Below the pieces are notes generated by a model. It was not told the DNA's origin, did no database searches, and worked only from the letters and a program-made list of their open reading frames with translations. A stretch of 20,000 nt of DNA. It comes from an uncultured virus (IMG/VR IMGVR_UViG_3300042337_000191). Lineage: Duplodnaviria > Heunggongvirae > Uroviricota > Caudoviricetes. The stretch is taken from the IMG/VR virus record IMGVR_UViG_3300042337_000191, one strand, 5' to 3'. The position numbers and the translations under genes are program-made. This document shows, in pieces, positions 14,065-20,000 of the stretch. The stretch's first letter is position 1, and each line of letters starts with the position of its first letter.

Positions 14065-14364
14065 TTATTCGTGGACTTCAAACACATGCCAAACGTGAAT
14101 TGAACCCATCATATTACGCCGCTGAACCGTTGCAACGTAATCATAATGCTTCTTTTCGTAATCATACATCTCGAAGCCAGTTCCGAACACATGAAATACG
14201 TATTTACGTTTTTCTCTCTTTGGGTTTACAATAGCCCAAATAACAGGAAAATTACCTTGAGCCTGAATTGTTAGGATCTTGGCGCCACGTGGCATCTCAA
14301 TCTCGTATACCGCATTGTGATGAATGTCGTCACCAAGCGGATACTTATAAATCATTTTCGTCAT
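14065..14364 (-). CDS. Conserved phage hypothetical protein (IYKYPL...GTG...WHVFE family)
   Basis: Start at ATG 14364 with GGAGG SD and ATGA overlap. Confidence 0.85.
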   Translation of the reverse strand: MTKMIYKYPLGDDIHHNAVYEIEMPRGAKILTIQAQGNFPVIWAIVNPKREKRKYVFHVFGTGFEMYDYEKKHYDYVATVQRRNMMGSIHVWHVFEVHE

Positions 14365-14750
14365 GCTGCCTCCATTACCTCTTGAACGTGGGAACAACTC
14401 TTCCGGTAGCCAAACCCCATGCAATTGCAGCGTAGAGAAATACCCCCATCGGCCAGACTAACAATATAAGACTTTCCATTTGATCGGGATGGGACAGAAA
14501 TTGATATCGGATCAGGCAATTTAGAATTGCTTGAAACAGTCCAGCCACATATGATCCGGTCTTTATCCAAAACACGAAGTTCTGATTCATCGGTGCCAGT
14601 GTCCATCATAAACTGATCTTCGGAAAGCCACTTGGGCTTGGGCGAAATAATCTCGCCCTCATACTCGTGATACTCTGGTATCTGCATATAGCTCGCATAC
14701 GTATGCCGGAAACGATACATAGGGTTGCTGACACGAATTCGAAGGCGCAT
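14361..14750 (-). CDS. SWIM zinc-finger protein
   Basis: C-terminal CNCMGFGYRKSCSH preceded by Y.V. Confidence 0.8.
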   Translation of the reverse strand: MRLRIRVSNPMYRFRHTYASYMQIPEYHEYEGEIISPKPKWLSEDQFMMDTGTDESELRVLDKDRIICGWTVSSNSKLPDPISISVPSRSNGKSYIVSLADGGISLRCNCMGFGYRKSCSHVQEVMEAA

Positions 14751-14759
14751 AACAATCTC

Positions 14760-15050
14760 CTAGAGGGGAGCGAATTTATATATCTTACCCTCTTTGGTGT
14801 ATAAAGTCAAGCCCGACACGTAATGACACGAATCAGTCTTTGGAATAACCCAGTGATAGCCAGCTGGAACATTTCGATATACCTCGAAGTCGCCGCATTC
14901 TCCGCCGTTCAATAATACTCTCGTAACAGTTACGTTTACTTTAAAATTGCAATGAACCTGGAAGTCCGAAGGCTTCTTAGCGCATTCGATATCGTCCTTG
15001 GCAAAAGCTATTGACGGAATTAATAGAATGGTATATAATAGTTTCTTCAT
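14760..15050 (-). CDS. Exported four-cysteine protein
   Basis: Signal peptide MKKLLYTILLIPSIAFA followed by four Cys. Confidence 0.8.
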   Translation of the reverse strand: MKKLLYTILLIPSIAFAKDDIECAKKPSDFQVHCNFKVNVTVTRVLLNGGECGDFEVYRNVPAGYHWVIPKTDSCHYVSGLTLYTKEGKIYKFAPL

Positions 15051-15253
15051 TCGTCTACTCTTACAAAAAGATCATCAGGGAATGTTCTGTTGTATGGCTT
15101 ACCTTCGAGCGTAACTACTCCGGCAACAGCCAACATTTTATCTACAACATAGATTGCACCAGGAGTTAGTTCCAATGTGTCAAGAAACGGGTGATCAGGA
15201 ATAACTCTTACCCGATCACCCGCCTTAAACGTAGCGAAATCTGTTCGCACCAT
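15047..15253 (-). CDS. Small beta-barrel (SH3/KOW-like) protein
   Basis: FKAGDRVRV and LTPG..Y.V motifs; TGATG coupling. Confidence 0.75.
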   Translation of the reverse strand: MVRTDFATFKAGDRVRVIPDHPFLDTLELTPGAIYVVDKMLAVAGVVTLEGKPYNRTFPDDLFVRVDE

Positions 15254-15690
15254 CAGAAGTCCCCCGGAGACACCTGAAGGCAACGAAGACCCGCCGAACG
15301 CCACATCTTAACCACTCGATCACGATCTTCGAGAACGAGCACAGGCTCATATCCCGCTTCATAGATCTGCTCGAGCAATTCGAACTTTACGATATCGTCA
15401 TCACGACGATCTCCTAACTTACGCATATAAAGAGCATGATAAGGAATATCATTCTCAGTAAGCCAGTCTAGAGTATCCTGACGACACTTCTCGTCACGAG
15501 CAGTGCAAAGGACAATCTTAATATCGTAGTCCGCCGCCATATCTAATAGGGCGACGACTTCCTCGATAGGCTCGTCCTTATGGGCATTAGAATGCCATGC
15601 ATTCCAGTCTTTATGCCCATTGGTAATGTAATGGATACGATGCTCTGTATTAGCAATCGTTCCATCAATATCCACGATCCAACACTTCAT
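15253..15690 (-). CDS. HAD-family phosphatase, like the 3'-phosphatase domain of T4 polynucleotide kinase/phosphatase; no kinase domain
   Basis: DIDGT, TAR, LYMRK.GD.R.D..VK, EDR..VV.MWR..G motifs. Confidence 0.9.
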   Translation of the reverse strand: MKCWIVDIDGTIANTEHRIHYITNGHKDWNAWHSNAHKDEPIEEVVALLDMAADYDIKIVLCTARDEKCRQDTLDWLTENDIPYHALYMRKLGDRRDDDIVKFELLEQIYEAGYEPVLVLEDRDRVVKMWRSAGLRCLQVSPGDF

Positions 15691-15706
15691 TATATATCTC
15701 CTTCAA

Positions 15707-16084
15707 TTAGGAATTGTCAACCTCTCGAATTGTGTAGTTTTCATGATTGAACGTTGAGTTGATATATTCCTCTGCATCCTCATGCGTCACAAATGCAGCG
15801 ACTGCCTCTTTGTTGAGGATATTAACAACGACAAAAGACCAACTACCACCAGCGATAGGATACTCAGACTCGATTGGCTTACACTTGATCATATTATGAA
15901 TGCTCTGTTTTGGAGAGACATGCATTAGATTGGTCTCGTGCCAACTCTCTATACATGCATCATTTGCATTATCAGGAAACCATCTAACAGATACCATTAC
16001 ATCAGTAAGGTATGATGTTACTTTACCACGACGGTGCTTGTCCCATATAGGACACACGATGGAACCAACACGAAATCTAGACAT
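15707..16084 (-). CDS. Hypothetical protein
   Basis: GAGG SD; N-terminal F.VG..V SH3-like pattern. Confidence 0.75.
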   Translation of the reverse strand: MSRFRVGSIVCPIWDKHRRGKVTSYLTDVMVSVRWFPDNANDACIESWHETNLMHVSPKQSIHNMIKCKPIESEYPIAGGSWSFVVVNILNKEAVAAFVTHEDAEEYINSTFNHENYTIREVDNS

Positions 16085-16093
16085 ATTATTTCC

Positions 16094-16900
16094 TCACTTG
16101 CAGCAGGTGACTTTCGCCACCTTTTCCCAATTTGTATTTCTCTTACGAATAGAGGCAACTTTGAGCGCCATACGCAGCGACAGTTCACGGAGGCTATCGG
16201 CATACGCTTCGATAAACGTAAGCACATCGACCTGCTCATCAATATCAAGATGCGAGAGCAATCCCTGAGCAACTACCTGACGAATACGCACCAGATAATC
16301 ACGGCGAGTCTTCATCGCCAGATCGAGATAATGAGCACGAGAAACCATCGCCTGAAGATGCGGCGCCAGCTTATGGCCCTTATCAATCATGGCGTCGAAG
16401 TCATAATTAGAGATGAAGATAATGGATCCCTCGAACACGAAAGACCTTGGGACGAGTTCACCAGTATCTTCATCAAGCAGCTTACCTTCGGACAACCAAG
16501 AGACGACACGACGCTCAGTAGTATCACAGACAGCCTTGAGGAGATTGAGGCTGATATCATCGAAAAAGATAGCATCAGCGTCGTCAAACACCAAAACTTG
16601 GCCAGCTTCACGGTAAGCATACAACAATTTAACAAGACCAGTCGCTCGGACATAGCCTTTCGTAATAGCGTAGTTGTGGCCGTTCGGATCCCATGCTTCG
16701 AGTTTCTTCTCGACGGTATAGGATTTACCGAGGCCAGCGGGACCACTGACGATCAGCGCACGAGAGTCACCAGCAATGCAGCTATCGGCCAGCATTTCGA
16801 GAATATCAAATCGCTCGGCGATACGATCCTCGACCTGATCGTCAGTTTCGTTAGAGACATTCAGCGGAACAACATTGTCAATCTTACGAGCACGAGCCAT
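16094..16900 (-). CDS. P-loop (AAA+) ATPase
   Basis: Walker A GPAGLGKS, Walker B VLVFDDAD, sensor IIFISN. Start moved to ATG 16900 because 16927 lies in the promoter. Confidence 0.9.
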   Translation of the reverse strand: MARARKIDNVVPLNVSNETDDQVEDRIAERFDILEMLADSCIAGDSRALIVSGPAGLGKSYTVEKKLEAWDPNGHNYAITKGYVRATGLVKLLYAYREAGQVLVFDDADAIFFDDISLNLLKAVCDTTERRVVSWLSEGKLLDEDTGELVPRSFVFEGSIIFISNYDFDAMIDKGHKLAPHLQAMVSRAHYLDLAMKTRRDYLVRIRQVVAQGLLSHLDIDEQVDVLTFIEAYADSLRELSLRMALKVASIRKRNTNWEKVAKVTCCK

Positions 16901-16927
16901 TTTTCTCTCCTCATCAACCATAGACAT

Positions 16928-16956
16928 ATTATACCGCTGAATTTGAAAGAAGTCAA
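16928..16956 (-). promoter_or_regulatory. Early promoter TTGACT-17-TATAAT with GGTTGATG leader
   Basis: Read directly. Confidence 0.88.
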
Positions 16957-16960
16957 GCGA

Positions 16961-17146
16961 TTAGTATTCGCTGTCGAGATCTTCTTCGTTAGCAACGATA
17001 CGGATACGGTCAGCCCATGCGAGGGCTTCCGCCACTCGCTCGAGCATATCGTAGTTAAAGCCAGTCCCGCCATCCCGAAGATATTCGTAGATGAGACCGT
17101 TGACTTCTCTGGCGTCTTCGCGAGTGATAGACCATTCTTCCTTCAT
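16961..17146 (-). CDS. Hypothetical protein
   Basis: ORF track; ATGA coupling. Confidence 0.75.
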   Translation of the reverse strand: MKEEWSITREDAREVNGLIYEYLRDGGTGFNYDMLERVAEALAWADRIRIVANEEDLDSEY

Positions 17147-17325
17147 TCTACAGCCTCAACTCTATCTTCTGCTTGCATATACCAATCAGGAGCAGTATCA
17201 CTAACATTAGCGTCATTTACCGACTTAATGCGAGCCTTTGCTTCTTCGAATGTATTATAATCTTCAGTCCAGTAGTCTTGACCCCAGCCACGCTCAGACT
17301 CCACGAGAAAGACACGGTATTTCAT
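17143..17325 (-). CDS. Conserved phage hypothetical protein (ESERGWGQ...PDWY family)
   Basis: Start at ATG 17325 with GGAGG SD. Confidence 0.85.
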   Translation of the reverse strand: MKYRVFLVESERGWGQDYWTEDYNTFEEAKARIKSVNDANVSDTAPDWYMQAEDRVEAVE

Positions 17326-17585
17326 TATACCCTCCGAAGAAGCGAGCCAGAAACTTTCCATTCGCTCGTAGCAGTCTTAACCGAGACCGTCTTCTGGTTA
17401 ACCTTCGTAACGACGCCAGTGATCTTCTGGCCGCTCTTCGCGATAAAGAACACGCTATCGCCCCGAGAGAACGAATGAGCCGCACGAGACTGAAGCTCTC
17501 GGAAGCGAACGTTGCAGGCGTTCATAACCTCACGAAGATCGTCCATATTGTCGATAGCAAAGATAGCCTTGTTAAGCGTAGACAT
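17325..17585 (-). CDS. Hypothetical protein with C-terminal SH3/KOW-like fold
   Basis: GDSV.F, G.V.KVNQKTV.V, WKVS..LL motifs; follows a promoter. Confidence 0.85.
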   Translation of the reverse strand: MSTLNKAIFAIDNMDDLREVMNACNVRFRELQSRAAHSFSRGDSVFFIAKSGQKITGVVTKVNQKTVSVKTATSEWKVSGSLLRRV

Positions 17586-17615
17586 TTTTCTCTCCTCTCA
17601 ATCAACCATATTCTT

Positions 17616-17643
17616 AGTATACCCTATCCTACGAAAAAGGCAA
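17616..17643 (-). promoter_or_regulatory. Promoter TTGCCT-16-TATACT
   Basis: Read directly. Confidence 0.85.
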
Positions 17644-17688
17644 GCGGAGACTTAACCATACAAGACTCTTTTTTTCTAAAAAGATCGC

Positions 17689-17716
17689 TTGCCTTTCGCC
17701 AAAAACCCGGTATAAT
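17689..17716 (+). promoter_or_regulatory. Promoter TTGCCT-16-TATAAT
   Basis: Read directly. Confidence 0.85.
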
Positions 17717-17744
17717 CATTAATGTGATTGAAAGAGAGGAATCG

Positions 17745-17858
17745 ATGAAACAGTTTAATCCTGTCGCCTTAGAGTTACGCTCAGGCAAATATAAACAGCG
17801 AGTAATTCGTAACAAGAAGAAATATGACCGCAAACGAATTGTTCGGGAGAAATACTAA
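17745..17858 (+). CDS. Very basic 37-aa protein (NPVA...KKKY.RK type)
   Basis: GAGG SD after a promoter; TAATG coupling to the next gene. Confidence 0.75.
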   Translation: MKQFNPVALELRSGKYKQRVIRNKKKYDRKRIVREKY

Positions 17859-18052
17859 TGGAATTCTTATCGAAAGATCGTGAAAAAGCGATTGAAGAAA
17901 TCAAAGAAACACTTTATAGTAGATTACGTAATAGAGAGAATTACGCCGCTCAAGATCCTTTAAAAGATCAATACTACAAAGGATTGCAGAAAGGCGCATT
18001 GTCCGAAATAGAATTCTTAAAGCAATTGTTGGATGTTATCGAGAGGTCATAA
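17858..18052 (+). CDS. Hypothetical protein, paralog of 5992..6243
   Basis: Shared motifs, see 5992..6243. Confidence 0.8.
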   Translation: MEFLSKDREKAIEEIKETLYSRLRNRENYAAQDPLKDQYYKGLQKGALSEIEFLKQLLDVIERS

Positions 18053-18489
18053 TGAAAATTCATAATGAATCTACCTGGTTAAAGCCGGATGGGATTACAA
18101 AAGTCGAACAGATGTATAATGCCAAATACGTATTCGAGTCATGCCTTAAAACTCGCTTTGGTGGTTGGTCAGAGTTTCCGGTAGCAATCTTTTATACCGA
18201 ACAGCCTCATCCAGAAGGCTCGAATTACTTTGGTCTGTTTAAGAATGCATTTGGGCAGTTGACGATTACCAATGGTATCTCTGCTCTCGAGGAATTTGTT
18301 GGTTTGCAAATTGGTGAAGATATTATATACTCTCGTTATCGTCACGATTACCGCACTCTAAATGAAGACGATTCAGCTGGTTTCATTGATGGTGGTCGTG
18401 ATTATGTTAGGTATAACCCAGAGGTAGGCAAGTTGGTCACACTGAAGGTCAACAAAGATAAACTCGAGTTGTCAAAAAATGAAGATTGA
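18052..18489 (+). CDS. Conserved phage hypothetical protein (YSR.RHDY...IDGGRDY.R family)
   Basis: Motif recalled from T4-like phages. Confidence 0.85.
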   Translation: MKIHNESTWLKPDGITKVEQMYNAKYVFESCLKTRFGGWSEFPVAIFYTEQPHPEGSNYFGLFKNAFGQLTITNGISALEEFVGLQIGEDIIYSRYRHDYRTLNEDDSAGFIDGGRDYVRYNPEVGKLVTLKVNKDKLELSKNED

Positions 18490-18607
18490 AATCCACTGGA
18501 TATGGAATCCTAAACACTGGGCGTTTCATATCGTGGAAAGGTTCAACAGTGGGAACCCATACAGAAGTTATAGGTTTGGACCGTTGTTTGTGAGGAGATT
18601 TTGGTAA
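18479..18607 (+). CDS. Aromatic-rich 42-aa protein (MKIEIHWIWNPKHW...)
   Basis: Translated by hand; overlaps both neighbours in operon fashion. Confidence 0.55.
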   Translation: MKIEIHWIWNPKHWAFHIVERFNSGNPYRSYRFGPLFVRRFW

Positions 18608-18924
18608 TGTCCTGGGTCCGCACTGAAAACGGTGGTATGTCTGATACCAGTCAGCAGATGTCATGGCAGAGTATATTAGATTGGCAGGTGGAAATGTTCT
18701 TTTATTCTTGTTATCTGTATTATGTTCTTGACAATCCAAAACTGGACGATGCTGGATTTGACCGCATCGTAGAGATTCTAGAAAATCATTTCAACGAATT
18801 GCCTGAACGTATTACGCATACAGTAGGTCCAGGACAGATTAAAGCCAACGCTCATCTGTTCGCTCATGATTTAACAGAAAAAGAAAAAGAAAACGCTTTA
18901 CTTTGGAAAAATAACGAACTATGA
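18607..18924 (+). CDS. Standalone protein resembling domain Ia of NAD-dependent DNA ligase
   Basis: YLYYVLDNPKLDDAGFDRI matches the LigA YY..D.P...D..YD.L motif; no adenylation domain. Confidence 0.7.
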   Translation: MSWVRTENGGMSDTSQQMSWQSILDWQVEMFFYSCYLYYVLDNPKLDDAGFDRIVEILENHFNELPERITHTVGPGQIKANAHLFAHDLTEKEKENALLWKNNEL

Positions 18925-18932
18925 TATAAATA
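18925..18932 (+). promoter_or_regulatory. T4-type late promoter TATAAATA
   Basis: Exact consensus, intergenic, followed by AAGGAGG SD. Confidence 0.75.
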
Positions 18933-18962
18933 CGTGACCTTAACAACACCAAGGAGGGTGTA

Positions 18963-19109
18963 ATGATTAGAATATCATATACAATCAAGAATATTGACGG
19001 ACTATTGGTTGACAAAACCCAAGTCTTCAATACGCTCTCCGAGTTAACCATGTTTATAGCACATCTCAGAGCGTCAGGACAGTTAGTAGGAAAGCCAACT
19101 ATCTCCTAA
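18963..19109 (+). CDS. Hypothetical late protein, 48 aa (MIRISYTIKNIDG...)
   Basis: Translated by hand; strong SD. Confidence 0.7.
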   Translation: MIRISYTIKNIDGLLVDKTQVFNTLSELTMFIAHLRASGQLVGKPTIS

Positions 19110-19112
19110 ATA

Positions 19113-19135
19113 GGGTTGCCTTCGGGCAATTCTTT
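19113..19135 (+). terminator. C(UUCG)G tetraloop hairpin: terminator or 5' stabiliser, directly after CTAAATA
   Basis: GGGTTGCC-TTCG-GGCAATTC then TTT. Confidence 0.55.
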
Positions 19136-19150
19136 CGAAAGGAGATTATT

Positions 19151-19384
19151 ATGAGCGGTTATAAGACGTATTTAATGGCTCTAATTGTAGGCATTTTACC
19201 ATTGGCTACAGAAAAGATTGGAGCTATAGACTGGAATGCATTGCTTTTGGGCTTGGGTGTTCCTGATAATTACGTAGTTCCTGCTGCTACTGCAGTCAGT
19301 GCTATTGTTATGATTATCATGCGAATGATCACACAAGTTACAACAGTTAAGACTGCTTTGGAGACACCTCCACCAGCTGAATAA
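19151..19384 (+). CDS. Small membrane protein, holin candidate
   Basis: Two or three hydrophobic segments, late-promoter context, next to the spanins. Confidence 0.55.
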   Translation: MSGYKTYLMALIVGILPLATEKIGAIDWNALLLGLGVPDNYVVPAATAVSAIVMIIMRMITQVTTVKTALETPPPAE

Positions 19385-19387
19385 GAT

Positions 19388-19412
19388 AAGGGCGCTTTAT
19401 GCGCCCTTTTTT
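19388..19412 (+). terminator. Intrinsic terminator between convergent genes
   Basis: AAGGGCGC-TTTAT-GCGCCCTT followed by a T run. Confidence 0.75.
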
Positions 19413-19678
19413 ATTGTTTTATCTGCATCGTTTAAGAATTTTCTAATACTTTCAATGGAGCTCTTACATGTCAAATTGTTCTTTTGAAGTTGGATTAACA
19501 GCTTCGCAACCTGAGAATCAGTCAGAGTCTGCCATTTCGGAAACTGTTTCACCACAGGACAATAATACATTGCCTCGGCAGGATGTGCGACCATATATTT
19601 GTAAGATGTTACAATCTGAGTCTGATCATTACAACTCGCCAGTGCAATTGCGATTGCCAATAGAATAATCTTTTTCAT
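19397..19678 (-). CDS. Outer-membrane spanin (o-spanin, Rz1-like lipoprotein)
   Basis: Lipobox LASC, Pro-containing middle, additional Cys; ATGA overlap with the i-spanin. Confidence 0.8.
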   Translation of the reverse strand: MKKIILLAIAIALASCNDQTQIVTSYKYMVAHPAEAMYYCPVVKQFPKWQTLTDSQVAKLLIQLQKNNLTCKSSIESIRKFLNDADKTIKKGA

Positions 19679-20000
19679 TCACTTAACCTTTTTATAGTTT
19701 CTTTAAGGATATCCGAAGATGGACGATCGTTACCCTTCCCGACCTCCACATCAACATGAGATTCTATTGCTTTTAGCTTATTTTCTAATGCTTGTTTCTG
19801 GCTTTCTAATTTCTCTACTGCTTCATCTCTATTTTTAAATATAGTTTGCTGATGTTCGATGAACAAATCTTTGTCCTTGACATTTTGTTCTAATTGGTTT
19901 ATATTATACTGTTGTAATGCTACTTGTTTTTCTAAATTTACTATTTGACGATGTTTCATGTAAAGACCAGAAACTAGTCCACCAACTAATATAAGTATTG
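19675..20000 (-). CDS. Inner-membrane spanin (i-spanin, Rz-like), start outside the window
   Basis: Frame continues upstream as ILILVGGLVSGLY (TM), followed by a coiled coil; directly precedes the lipoprotein. Confidence 0.8.
   Translation of the reverse strand, partial: ILILVGGLVSGLYMKHRQIVNLEKQVALQQYNINQLEQNVKDKDLFIEHQQTIFKNRDEAVEKLESQKQALENKLKAIESHVDVEVGKGNDRPSSDILKETIKRLSE

Noticed and set aside
16034..17260. 408-aa + strand ORF
   Set aside because: Antisense shadow of the ATPase and neighbouring genes, which have motifs, SDs and a promoter; no recognisable motif or SD of its own.
17238..17744. Long N-terminal part of the 206-aa ORF 17238..17858
   Set aside because: Crosses minus-strand genes and a divergent promoter pair; only the last 37 codons have an SD and promoter.
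1..20000. tRNA, rRNA, integrase or transposase genes
   Set aside because: None recognised by eye; tRNAscan-SE and profile searches would be needed to exclude them formally.

Overview
Segment of a large lytic dsDNA phage genome, most likely T4-like (a canonical TATAAATA late promoter, a PseT-type phosphatase domain, a separated i-/o-spanin pair, tandem 2OG-Fe(II) oxygenases, DUF932, an AAA+ ATPase). The GCTTG(A/C)C -35 boxes hint weakly at an alphaproteobacterial host (inference). Most of the window is a gene-dense early/accessory region of about 55 small ORFs driven by about 17 near-consensus sigma70-type promoters. Several promoters are exact or near-exact copies, and four pairs are back-to-back. 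The most unusual features are: (i) two arrays with an exact 12-bp period (5 and 13 units, fixed TWGGT core, variable spacers) bracketing one gene, plus the same oriented hexamer hidden in a gene 4 kb away; (ii) a roughly 1-kb AT-rich island that avoids CA/TG steps around a central hairpin/tandem-repeat element; (iii) orphan promoters that point to small RNAs; (iv) a three-member micro-protein family ending in W(I/A)VPGTLED; (v) a standalone domain resembling NAD-ligase domain Ia. All calls come from reading by eye; no searches were run.
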